The notes under the pieces were generated by a model. The model was not told where the DNA came from. It saw nothing but the letters and a program-made list of their open reading frames with translations, and did not search any database. Positions 9,987 to 19,272 of a DNA stretch of 64,000 nucleotides are shown here, in pieces (the stretch's first letter is position 1; every line of letters starts with the position of its first letter). The DNA is from an uncultured Pelagibacteraceae bacterium (GTDB lineage: Bacteria; Pseudomonadota; Alphaproteobacteria; Pelagibacterales; Pelagibacteraceae), in the NCBI GenBank assembly GCA_902591775.1, contig CACJBW010000004.1, positions 6,511-70,510 on the forward strand, in the 5' to 3' direction. Both the position numbers and the translations under genes were made by a program.

Positions 9987-11061
9987 TTTTTTTTAAACCT
10001 AAAAATTTTATTTTAAAAAATAACAAATAATCAGACCCAAGAAGAAAAAATAAAATCATTCCTTGAAAAACTTGACCCGTATATTTTGGCACTTGTAAAA
10101 ATATCTGGGCTGTTTCTGCTCCTAAGTAAGTTAGTGCAACAATCAATGATGCAAAAATAATTCCAACTGGATTTAGTCTTCCTAGAAAAGCAACAATTAT
10201 TGCAGTGAAGCCATAATCAGGAGAAATGTTTCTATGTAATTGTCCTATTGGTCCTGTTATCTCACCTACACCTGCAAGACCGGCACATGCTCCACTAATC
10301 ATAAATACAATAATGATCATTGTCTTGCCTTTGTACCCAGCATATTTTGCAGTTTTTAAACTTAAACCTGAAACCTTTATCTGAAAACCTAAATAAGTTT
10401 TATACAAAATGAGCCAACTAAAAAAAACACTTATTAGAGTAATAAATATTCCAGCATGAATTCTCAAGCTATCAAATAAAATTGGCATTCTCGCAGACTC
10501 GCTAAATTGTCTGGTTTCTGGAAAGTTAAAACCTTCAGGATTACTCCAAGGACCAACTACTAAATAATCTAATAATAATTTTGCAACATAAACTAACATA
10601 AGGCTAACCAAAATTTCATTAGTGTTAAAATAGGTTTTTAAAATTGCTGGTATCATTGCAAATAACATCCCACCAATTGCTCCAGATAATAAAATTATTG
10701 GTAAAACATAAAATCCATCATGATTATAAAATAACAAAGCAACTCCGCCGCCGACTATTCCACCAAAAATAAGTTGACCTTCTGCACCAATATTCCAATT
10801 ATTACTTTTAAAACAAAAAGATAAACCTATCGCTATTAAACAAAGTGGTGTGGCTTTTACCAAAAGTTCACTTAATCCGTATAAATCTGAAATGGGCGTA
10901 ATAAAAAAAAATTTTAAAGCCTCAATAGGATTAAACCCCAAAATATAAAAAATAATCCCACCACCGAATAATGTGAGAAAAATGGCTAAAACCGGTGTTA
11001 AAAAGTAAATTGATCGAGATACATCGTTACGCTTTTCAATTTTAATCAATAGAACCTCCAC
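9976..11061 (-). CDS. Nucleoside-type ABC transporter permease (true start may be a few codons downstream)
   Basis: KATPL, WNIGAEGQ, NEILVSLM, YGFTAIIVAFLGRLNP. Confidence 0.92.
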   Translation of the reverse strand: MEVLLIKIEKRNDVSRSIYFLTPVLAIFLTLFGGGIIFYILGFNPIEALKFFFITPISDLYGLSELLVKATPLCLIAIGLSFCFKSNNWNIGAEGQLIFGGIVGGGVALLFYNHDGFYVLPIILLSGAIGGMLFAMIPAILKTYFNTNEILVSLMLVYVAKLLLDYLVVGPWSNPEGFNFPETRQFSESARMPILFDSLRIHAGIFITLISVFFSWLILYKTYLGFQIKVSGLSLKTAKYAGYKGKTMIIIVFMISGACAGLAGVGEITGPIGQLHRNISPDYGFTAIIVAFLGRLNPVGIIFASLIVALTYLGAETAQIFLQVPKYTGQVFQGMILFFLLGSDYLLFFKIKFLGLKKNEL

Positions 11062-12541
11062 CCATCAAAATTCCCAATTTTTCAGCAGTAACAGTATCTG
11101 CATTCATTATTTTAGATAGTTTACCTTTATAAATTACACAAATACGGTCACTTAATTTTAATAGTTCATCGTTATCAGTAGAAATTAATATTGATGATTT
11201 TCCTTGTTCATTAATTTGAATTAATGTTTCATGAATGTAGTTGATTGCACCAACATCAAGACCCCATGTTGGGTTAAAACATACCAATAATTCAGGTGAA
11301 GTAATTAATTCTCTTCCAATAATCAATTTTTGAAGATTTCCGCCAGATAAAAATTGACTTTTTAATTCAACATTGTCTGTATTAACAGAAAAATTAGTAA
11401 GTATCTTCTTGGAGTGTTCTTTTATTTTCTTTTCATTCACTAAACCTTTTTCAAAAAAGTTTGATGACTTAAAATTGTTTAATGCAACATTTTCGTATAT
11501 CTTTAACTCAGGGACTGCAGCTTGAGAGATACGATCTTCAGGTGAAAAAGCCATAAGGAATTCTCTTCTTTCTCTAGGATTTAACTTCCCAATTTCTTTA
11601 TTTCTAAACATTATAGATGTACCTTCCGTAATAATTTCTCCACTCAGTATTTGAAATAATTCATTTTGTCCATTTCCTGAAATTCCAGCTATACCCAAAC
11701 ACTCTCCTTTTTTCAGAGAGAGATTTAAATTATTTAGGTTTGTTTCATATGGGTCTTCACTTTTAAAATTTAAATTTGAGATTTTTAAAATTTCCTCGCT
11801 ATCTTTAGAATTTTTAATTTTTTTTTTAATAGTATTTAAATTTTCACCTACCATTTTATTAGCTAAACTCTCAATTTTTTCATCAATTGTATTGCTAACC
11901 GAAACTACTTTACCTTTTCTCATTACGGCTACCTCATCACAAAGTGACAAAACTTCTTTTAATTTGTGAGTTATATAAATAATTAAAATTCCATCTTTAG
12001 AAAATTGTTTTAAAGAAATAAATAAATCATCAGTTTCTTGTTCAGTTAAAACTGATGTAGGTTCATCCATAATCAATACTTTTGGATTTCTAATTAAACA
12101 CCTTATAATTTCTACTTTTTGTTTTTGACCTGCTGATAAATTTAGAACTGGAATATCTAGATCAATTTTAAAATTGTACTTATTTAATATATCATTGACT
12201 AAAACTCTTAGATCTTCATCTTTTTTGTCACTATCGATACTTAAATTTTCAAATACCGACAAAGTCTCGAAGAGGTTGAAATGTTGAAAAACCATTCCAA
12301 TATTATTTTTTTTGGCATCTTGGGGAGAATTAAGTTTAATGCTTTCATCATTTAAAAAAACTTCGCCCTCGTCAGGTTTTACTACTCCAGACAAGATTTT
12401 AACTAGTGTAGACTTTCCAGCCCCATTTTCACCTAATAATGCATATATTTTCCCACTTCCAAATTCTAATGATACTTTATCGTTTGCAATACATCCTGGA
12501 TATATTTTTGAAATTTCTGATACTTTAAGTTTTGTGTTCAT
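11042..12541 (-). CDS. ABC transporter ATP-binding protein, two-domain sugar/nucleoside type
   Basis: GENGAGKST, MVFQHF, DEPTSVL, LSGGNLQK, PTWGLDVGA. Confidence 0.94.
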   Translation of the reverse strand: MNTKLKVSEISKIYPGCIANDKVSLEFGSGKIYALLGENGAGKSTLVKILSGVVKPDEGEVFLNDESIKLNSPQDAKKNNIGMVFQHFNLFETLSVFENLSIDSDKKDEDLRVLVNDILNKYNFKIDLDIPVLNLSAGQKQKVEIIRCLIRNPKVLIMDEPTSVLTEQETDDLFISLKQFSKDGILIIYITHKLKEVLSLCDEVAVMRKGKVVSVSNTIDEKIESLANKMVGENLNTIKKKIKNSKDSEEILKISNLNFKSEDPYETNLNNLNLSLKKGECLGIAGISGNGQNELFQILSGEIITEGTSIMFRNKEIGKLNPRERREFLMAFSPEDRISQAAVPELKIYENVALNNFKSSNFFEKGLVNEKKIKEHSKKILTNFSVNTDNVELKSQFLSGGNLQKLIIGRELITSPELLVCFNPTWGLDVGAINYIHETLIQINEQGKSSILISTDNDELLKLSDRICVIYKGKLSKIMNADTVTAEKLGILMGGGSID

Positions 12542-12680
12542 TAGAATCGGTTTGATAGTAATAAAAATAAAGAATTAAGGAATATAAATACATTATATTT
12601 ATCTAATTTTGATGGAAAACTTATTTTTTTTTCAACTTTTAAGTTAATCTTTTGTCACATTTCAGTATTATAAATAAATT

Positions 12681-12983
12681 ATGAAAATTATATTCTCAAT
12701 CACATTAATTTCAATTTTTTTGGTTAACGCAGGTTGTCAAACTATTCAGAATAAAACTGACGAGGTTGTAGAAAAGGAAAATAAAAAATACGGTTTATTT
12801 GTTGGTGGAGATGTTAATAAAATGAAGTTAGAATTAGGGGCTCCTAACGAAGATATGGTCAATGATATCGGCAATGAAGTTTTAATTTATAAAACAAAAA
12901 AATACGGTGTACCCTGTGAACGAAGATTTGAAGTCAACGCTAGCGGAACTATCATCGCTTTCAGTTCTAGTGGATGTTTTTAA
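12681..12983 (+). CDS. Hypothetical lipoprotein
   Basis: Signal peptide with lipobox-like NAGC; LGAP...Y...C..F...SSGC pattern. Confidence 0.7.
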   Translation: MKIIFSITLISIFLVNAGCQTIQNKTDEVVEKENKKYGLFVGGDVNKMKLELGAPNEDMVNDIGNEVLIYKTKKYGVPCERRFEVNASGTIIAFSSSGCF

Positions 12984-12984
12984 A

Positions 12985-13006
12985 CTTGTGGGGCGAACCC
13001 CACAAG
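12985..13006. terminator. Hairpin terminator between convergent lipoprotein and Hsp20 genes
   Basis: CTTGTGGGG-cgaa-CCCCACAAG, a perfect 9-bp stem (UUCG loop on the minus strand). Confidence 0.85.
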
Positions 13007-13021
13007 CAAGGTTTAAATTAT

Positions 13022-13468
13022 TTACTTAATATCAATAAGTCTTTTTTTCTTATGGTCTGGCAAAATTCTTTCGCATGCAATCGTCAAAAGACCGTCCTTA
13101 AGCTCAGCACCATTTACTTTCACATCATCTGCAATAGTAAAAGATCTTGCGAATTGTCTTTGTGAAATTCCTTTATGAATTATTTCACCATCTTGATTTT
13201 GATCTTCAGACTTATTCATCTGTTTTGTTCTTACAGTTAATATATTGTCTTCGAACTCAACTTCGACATCTTTTTTATTAAAACCAGCTAAAGCTACTTC
13301 AATTGAGTAGTTATCTTTACCAGTTTTTCTAATGTTGTATGGTGGATAGTTCGATTGCATTGTCATGCCACCATTACCAAGCATACTTTCAAATTGGTCG
13401 AACATGTCGTCAAAACCAATAGAAAACGGTCTTAGTGAGTTAAAGATTGATAGGTCCTTACTTGTCAT
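13022..13468 (-). CDS. ibpA: Small heat shock protein (Hsp20/IbpA)
   Basis: SIGFD, NYPPYNI, ALAGF, HKGISQRQFARSF, GAELKDGLL. Confidence 0.95.
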   Translation of the reverse strand: MTSKDLSIFNSLRPFSIGFDDMFDQFESMLGNGGMTMQSNYPPYNIRKTGKDNYSIEVALAGFNKKDVEVEFEDNILTVRTKQMNKSEDQNQDGEIIHKGISQRQFARSFTIADDVKVNGAELKDGLLTIACERILPDHKKKRLIDIK

Positions 13469-13527
13469 ATTTACTCCTTTTGTTAAGCAAGTTAATTTAT
13501 GTAAGCCCCAATAAGGCGACTTACATT
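13466..13527 (-). promoter_or_regulatory. ROSE-like RNA thermometer in the ibpA 5' UTR
   Basis: Minus strand: hairpin ATGTAAG...CTTACAT, then ACTTGCT-taacaaa-AGGAGT. The UUGCU motif can pair with the SD leaving a bulged G, as in ROSE elements. Confidence 0.75.
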
Positions 13528-13531
13528 AGTA

Positions 13532-13558
13532 ATATGGTATTTAATTTTAAATTTTCAA
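13532..13558 (-). promoter_or_regulatory. RpoH (sigma32)-type promoter of ibpA
   Basis: TTGAA-N16-CCATAT on the minus strand, immediately upstream of the structured UTR. Confidence 0.72.
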
Positions 13559-13569
13559 TGCTAAAAATG

Positions 13570-15645
13570 TCAATATTTTTCTGTAATTTTCAAAGCAAAG
13601 CTATAATCAATGGCTATTTCTTCAATCGCTCCATCTCTGCCAGATTTTCCTCCATGACCAGCATTCATTTCAGTCTTTAATAATAATAAATTATTGTCTG
13701 TTTTATAGTCTCTTAATTTTGCAGTAAATTTTGCAGGTTCATCAAATAGAACCCTATTATCACTTAGACTTGTAGTAATCAAAATATGAGGATAATCCAT
13801 TTTTTTTATATTGTTATACGGAGCATATGAATAAATATAATCAAAATGATCTTTATTATCTTTTGCATTTCCAAATTCATCAAACTCCCCAACTGTTAAA
13901 GGCAGTGAATGGTCAAGATTAGTTGTTAATGAGTCTACGAATGGAACAGCCATTATTACTCCTAAAAACAGTTCTGGCGCTTGATTTACAACTGCTCCCA
14001 TAAGTAATCCACCTGCGGAACCACCCATCCCTATAATTTTTCTTTTTGAGGTATATTTTTTTTCAATCAAATATTTTCCAACAGCTATATAATCTTCAAA
14101 GGTATTTTTTTTATTTAAAAGCTTTCCTTCTTTCCACCATTTCATCCCTCTTTCCATTCCACCTCTAATATGTGCTGTTACCCAGATTATATCTCTATTT
14201 ATTAAACTTAAACGGGTAGAAGAAAATCCTGGAGACATTGAATTTCCATATGATCCATAACCGTAAAGTAAAAGATTTGATGAACCATCTAAAATAGTAT
14301 CTTTGTGTCTAGTAATAGTTAAAGGAACCATTCTTCCATCATGAGATGGACACTCAAGGCGCTCCACAATATAATTATCTGGATCGTGTCCAGATGGAAT
14401 TTCTTGCTCTTTAACGAGTTTCTTATCTTTTGATTTTAAATTATATAAAAAAGTCCTCCCTGGTGTTTTAGGTGAAGAATACGATAAATATACATTGTCT
14501 GTGTTTTTATCTTTTTGAGTTAATGATATACTTGGAACAATTACTTTTTCGTCACTAAAAATAATCTCTTCCTCTTTATTTGTTTTTGGATCACGAATAA
14601 TTATTTTTGCAAGTGCATTAGATGTTTCAGATCGAATTATCCAATTATTTAAAAATACTAAACCTCCTATCAATACCTCATCTTTTGCATTAACAAATGG
14701 CTCCCATTTTTGTTTAACTAAGTTATTACATCTATCTATCTTAAAATCTTCAGCATTTTCATTAGTATGTTTATAAAAAAAGTCATCCCAAGAATTAATC
14801 GAGTATATTATCCCTCTTTTTCTCGTTTGGATTAATTTAGGATTTGGATTACTTTCATCAACTTCAAAGTAATATTGTTCTGAAGTATTATGATCAGAAC
14901 TTGTAATTATGAAATATTTCTCATCTGAACTAAGGCTAATCCCAACAGTGAATGCTTCGCTTTTTTCTTCAAAAATCAATAAATCATCTTTTGTTGCCGA
15001 TCCAATTTCATGTCTATAAATAGTTCTAGGCCTGTGATGTTCATCTAATTTAGAATAAAATATATATTTATCATCCAAACTAAATTCGATGCTACCACTC
15101 GTTTCCTCAATTTTTTCAGTGACTAAATTTCCAGATTTTATGTTTCTTATATAGATTGTATAATATTCAGATCCTTTTAAATCTAAAGAATATCCAAGGT
15201 ACTCATCATTAAAGCTTACCTCTAAGTCACCTAAACCAAAATATTCTGTTTTAAGTTTCTCCTTCTCTTTATCGCCGTTCCAAATTTCTTCAATTTGTTC
15301 TTCACCAATTTTTTTTCTTAATTTAATCGAATAATTTCCTTTTGCTGTAGTTTTAGTCCAATACTCATAGTTTTTATCTTTGTAAGGGAGTGACTCATCA
15401 TCCAGTTTGATTCTTGCTTTTATTTCATCAAAAAGTTTTTTTTGAATTTTTTTAGTATCTTTCATTTGGTCAGAAAAATATTCATTTTCATTTTCCAAAT
15501 ATTTTCTTACTTCAGGCAAAAGTTTTGAGCTATCCCTTAAAACCTCGAGAATATTTGGTTGATGAATCCAACTATAATCGTCTGTCCAAGACTTATTGTG
15601 ACAAGATTTTATTTCAGGTTTCTTTTCAAGCTGTGGTAGTTTCAT
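13570..15645 (-). CDS. ptrB: Oligopeptidase B (peptidase S9A)
   Basis: YGYGSYG, HIRGG, catalytic GGSAGG, DNRV, AGHGGKSGR. Confidence 0.94.
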   Translation of the reverse strand: MKLPQLEKKPEIKSCHNKSWTDDYSWIHQPNILEVLRDSSKLLPEVRKYLENENEYFSDQMKDTKKIQKKLFDEIKARIKLDDESLPYKDKNYEYWTKTTAKGNYSIKLRKKIGEEQIEEIWNGDKEKEKLKTEYFGLGDLEVSFNDEYLGYSLDLKGSEYYTIYIRNIKSGNLVTEKIEETSGSIEFSLDDKYIFYSKLDEHHRPRTIYRHEIGSATKDDLLIFEEKSEAFTVGISLSSDEKYFIITSSDHNTSEQYYFEVDESNPNPKLIQTRKRGIIYSINSWDDFFYKHTNENAEDFKIDRCNNLVKQKWEPFVNAKDEVLIGGLVFLNNWIIRSETSNALAKIIIRDPKTNKEEEIIFSDEKVIVPSISLTQKDKNTDNVYLSYSSPKTPGRTFLYNLKSKDKKLVKEQEIPSGHDPDNYIVERLECPSHDGRMVPLTITRHKDTILDGSSNLLLYGYGSYGNSMSPGFSSTRLSLINRDIIWVTAHIRGGMERGMKWWKEGKLLNKKNTFEDYIAVGKYLIEKKYTSKRKIIGMGGSAGGLLMGAVVNQAPELFLGVIMAVPFVDSLTTNLDHSLPLTVGEFDEFGNAKDNKDHFDYIYSYAPYNNIKKMDYPHILITTSLSDNRVLFDEPAKFTAKLRDYKTDNNLLLLKTEMNAGHGGKSGRDGAIEEIAIDYSFALKITEKY

Positions 15646-15663
15646 TTTGAACTAAATTAATAT

Positions 15664-16173
15664 ATGAATATTTTTTTTATAACACTGATTATTTTTGTAG
15701 TTGTATATGTTCTTCTAAGTTGGTTTGCTAGAACTTCTGCTAAAAAAATTTCAAGATTTATAAGAATATTAATAATTATTTCAGCAATAGTATTGGCTGT
15801 TATTATGGCTTATGCTGGAAGATATATATTTTCATTACCTTTTGTGCTTGCAATCTTACCTTTGATAAAAACAAAAGCTGGAATATCCTTATTTCAACTT
15901 CTTAGATTATGGGGACTTTTCAGAGTTTTAAGAAATTCAGGTAGATTTAATTTTAATAATTTTAACCAATCTGTAAACAAACAGAGCATATCCTTAGATG
16001 AAGCATATAAAATACTAAATTTAAAATCTGATATAAAATATACCAAAGAACAAGTTATGAAATCTTATAAGTCTATTATGAAAAAAATCCATCCAGATGT
16101 AAGTCCAGAACTAACTAGACTTGCATCGATAGTAAATGAAGCAAAAGATATTGTGATAAAAAATATTAGTTAA
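15664..16173 (+). CDS. Membrane-anchored J-domain protein, Pam18/Tim14 (TimB)-like
   Basis: Hydrophobic N-terminus plus short C-terminal J domain ISLDEAYKILNL...YKSIMKKIHPD...LASIVNEAKD. Confidence 0.78.
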   Translation: MNIFFITLIIFVVVYVLLSWFARTSAKKISRFIRILIIISAIVLAVIMAYAGRYIFSLPFVLAILPLIKTKAGISLFQLLRLWGLFRVLRNSGRFNFNNFNQSVNKQSISLDEAYKILNLKSDIKYTKEQVMKSYKSIMKKIHPDVSPELTRLASIVNEAKDIVIKNIS

Positions 16174-17119
16174 TAATTGATTTAAATTTTGTAAAAATCT
16201 TTTCTGGATTAATTTTTTCTTTACCTCTTGAATTATGTGAAACAAAATTCATTCCATCAGGGATTATAGGATACATATTTGGACTATAGCTGCCATATAT
16301 TAAGGGTGTATCACTCATTAAAACTATTGTAGGAACACCTAAAGCAGCTGAAAGGTGACTGAAACTTGAATCGTTACATATTGCTATTTTACAATTCTTT
16401 ATAATTGGCAAAATTTCAGAAATTGAATTATTATCTAAAGGAACACAAATCTCTTCATATGATGACAGTATACTATTAAGTATTGATTGTTCTTCCTTAT
16501 TTTTGCCTGTCGCTAAATAAAACATGCAGTCATAACTTCTAATAGCTAGTTCTATGAATTCTTTAAATTTATCAGCTGGAATTCTTTTAGAGGGACCAGA
16601 GCCACCTATTCCAAGTAAAATATTAATTTTATCTTTTGAAATTGAAAGTCTCTGAGCAGCTAATTTTACTAAACTATCATTAATTTTTATTTGAGGATTA
16701 CTTTCTACTTTTAAATTTATCTTATCTAATAATTTACTTGCAGCATCGATAATGTGTTGTTCTTTTTTCTCAAATAATGGGTACTGATATATATTTTTTA
16801 TTCCCGCACTTTTACAAACAAGCCTATATCTTAGCGATGAATTAAAAATAAAAACCTTATCAAATAAATTATTTTTAATTTCATTTTTTAATTTGAAAAA
16901 ACCCGATATACCACTGTGCTCATCGTTTTTATTTTCCCTTTTTAAGTAAATTATATTTTTTAAAAAATTTAAATTTTTTGTATATTCTTTAGCTTTTGTG
17001 CTCTCTTTTATTAATAGAGTAATTGGTGAATTGTATTTTTTAGAAATTGCTTCTATAAAAGGTAAGAAAATTACCATATCTCCAATACCCATACGGTTTT
17101 GTATAACAAGTATATTCAT
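16166..17119 (-). CDS. Glycosyltransferase family 9 (LPS heptosyltransferase-like)
   Basis: GIGDMVIFLP, ICNDSSFSHLSAALGVPTI. Confidence 0.9.
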   Translation of the reverse strand: MNILVIQNRMGIGDMVIFLPFIEAISKKYNSPITLLIKESTKAKEYTKNLNFLKNIIYLKRENKNDEHSGISGFFKLKNEIKNNLFDKVFIFNSSLRYRLVCKSAGIKNIYQYPLFEKKEQHIIDAASKLLDKINLKVESNPQIKINDSLVKLAAQRLSISKDKINILLGIGGSGPSKRIPADKFKEFIELAIRSYDCMFYLATGKNKEEQSILNSILSSYEEICVPLDNNSISEILPIIKNCKIAICNDSSFSHLSAALGVPTIVLMSDTPLIYGSYSPNMYPIIPDGMNFVSHNSRGKEKINPEKIFTKFKSIIN

Positions 17120-17161
17120 ATGTTTTTATAACCTTTACTAATTTGAATTTTTATATAAATT

Positions 17162-18052
17162 TTGGCAATGGAACAAATTAAAGGTGTATATGCTGCTAGT
17201 TTATCAGTTTTAGATAAAAATTTAGCATTAGACATTAAAAATACCATTAAACACGCTGAAAATGTCATTGATTTAGGATGTCATGGTGTTGTTTTTTTTG
17301 GGAGCACTGGACAGTCCCAACTGATATCCTTAAGTGAAAAAATTCAATTAATAAATGAACTACCCAAGAGTAGACATAAAAGTAAATTTATAATTGGAAC
17401 TGGTCTCAATTCTTTAATCGATACAATAAATTTAATGAAAATTTCTAAATCTATGGGTTTTAATAATTTTTTAATAATGCCACCGGCTTATTATAAGTAT
17501 GGAGATGAAGATGTGATCAATTTCTATTCTAGAATTATCAAAGAGATTAATGATTGTAAAATTATTCTATATAATTTTGAAAAACTTTGTGGATATAAAT
17601 TTAGTGTTCAATGTGTTGAAAATTTGGTTCAAAAATTCCCTGATCAAATTATTGGTGTAAAGGATAGCAGTTATAATTTATTTGAAACTTTGAAAATTAA
17701 AAATTTTTCAATTTTCCCAGGTTCTGAAGCAAAATTATTAAAAGGCCTAGAATTGGGATGCCATGGTATAATTACTGCAACAACAAATGTTACAGGTCAC
17801 TTAGCTAGAAAAATTTATGATAATTTCCAGAATAATCTAGATCTATCATCTAATCAAAATTTGTGTGATGTAAGAAAATCTTTCGACAAATATAACTTAA
17901 TTTCAAGTCTCCACACTCTTATGGCAGAAAAAAATTCAATATACGGGTATCTTTTGCCTCCATTAAAATTATTAGATCAAGCAGAAAAAAATGATCTATT
18001 ATCAAATCTTGAAAAACTAAATTTTAATATGGAGATATTAAAGGCGGCATAA
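17162..18052 (+). CDS. Dihydrodipicolinate synthase (DapA)-family class I aldolase; likely ATG start at 17168
   Basis: GSTGQ, MPPAYYK, ILYNF, Schiff-base IGVKDSS. Confidence 0.85.
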   Translation: MAMEQIKGVYAASLSVLDKNLALDIKNTIKHAENVIDLGCHGVVFFGSTGQSQLISLSEKIQLINELPKSRHKSKFIIGTGLNSLIDTINLMKISKSMGFNNFLIMPPAYYKYGDEDVINFYSRIIKEINDCKIILYNFEKLCGYKFSVQCVENLVQKFPDQIIGVKDSSYNLFETLKIKNFSIFPGSEAKLLKGLELGCHGIITATTNVTGHLARKIYDNFQNNLDLSSNQNLCDVRKSFDKYNLISSLHTLMAEKNSIYGYLLPPLKLLDQAEKNDLLSNLEKLNFNMEILKAA

Positions 18053-18054
18053 AA

Positions 18055-19242
18055 ATGAGTTTAATAAGTTTTTTAAATAATTTATTTAAGCAGGATGGAT
18101 TTGAACTTATAGACTCAAATTCAAAAAAATATGTTATTGGTAATCCAACCAAGGATAAACCTATCGTAATTAGATTTCTTGACCAAAAACTAATGCAAAA
18201 GTTACTTATAAATCCTGACTTGTATTTCGGGGAAGCTTATATGAATGGATCTCTGGTAATAGAAAACGGTACACTTACAGACTTTCTAGACTTAGCTTTT
18301 AAAAATATTGGTAGAGGGAATATAAATTCTTATGGAGCGGTAATAAAAAAAATAAAAGGTACGTTTGGATATCTTACGAATTTGAATAAAATAATAAAAT
18401 CAAAAGAAAATGTTGCACATCATTATGATATATCTGAAAAACTTTACGATTTATTTTTAGATAAAAATAGACAATATTCTTGTGCTTATTTTAAAAATGA
18501 TAGTGATACTCTTGAGCAAGCTCAAAGCAACAAGATTCATCATATTATAAAAAAGCTAAACATCCAGCCAAACCAAAAAGTTTTAGATGTTGGTTCAGGA
18601 TGGGGAACATTAGCATTAGCAATAGCAAAGGAGACAAATGCTAGTGTTACAGGAATAACATTGTCTGAAAATCAATTTGAATATAGTCAGAATAAAGCGA
18701 AAGAAATGAATTTATCAAATCAAGTAGACTTTAAGCTCATTGATTACAGACAATTAAATGAGAAGTTTGATAGGATTGTGAGTGTAGGAATGTTTGAGCA
18801 TGTTGGTAGAAATTTTTATAGAACATATTTTAATAAAGTTTTTCAGCTTTTGAACGAAAAAGGAATAGCACTAATTCATACAATTGGTTCCTCTATGCCT
18901 CCGAGAGATCCACAACCATGGATACAAAAATATATTTTTCCTGGTGGTTACACGCCTAGCTTAAGCGAGATATCGAAACCAATCGAAAAGTCTGGTCTTA
19001 TAGTGTCTGATATCGAGGTGCTTAGAATGCATTATGCTCATACTCTTAGAAATTGGAAAGAGAGATTCTTATCAAAAAAAGATACAGTTTTAGATATGTT
19101 TGACGAAAAATTTTTTAGAATGTGGGAATTTTACTTAGCTAGTTGTGAAATGGCATTCAAATGGGGAGATCAGGTTGTATTTCAATTACAATTAGCTAAA
19201 GATAACAGTTCTGTTCCTAATACTCGGGACTATATTTATTAA
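18055..19242 (+). CDS. cfa: Cyclopropane-fatty-acyl-phospholipid synthase family methyltransferase
   Basis: GEAYM, NVAHHYD, YSCAYF, LDVGSGWG, SVGMFEHVG, YIFPGG, RMWEFYL. Confidence 0.92.
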   Translation: MSLISFLNNLFKQDGFELIDSNSKKYVIGNPTKDKPIVIRFLDQKLMQKLLINPDLYFGEAYMNGSLVIENGTLTDFLDLAFKNIGRGNINSYGAVIKKIKGTFGYLTNLNKIIKSKENVAHHYDISEKLYDLFLDKNRQYSCAYFKNDSDTLEQAQSNKIHHIIKKLNIQPNQKVLDVGSGWGTLALAIAKETNASVTGITLSENQFEYSQNKAKEMNLSNQVDFKLIDYRQLNEKFDRIVSVGMFEHVGRNFYRTYFNKVFQLLNEKGIALIHTIGSSMPPRDPQPWIQKYIFPGGYTPSLSEISKPIEKSGLIVSDIEVLRMHYAHTLRNWKERFLSKKDTVLDMFDEKFFRMWEFYLASCEMAFKWGDQVVFQLQLAKDNSSVPNTRDYIY

Positions 19243-19272
19243 AATATTACTGATAAATTAATACCAGTAATA

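Noticed and set aside
12542-12680. Purine riboswitch ahead of the ABC transporter
   Set aside because: AT-rich promoter-like sequence with no purine-aptamer consensus or stable stems
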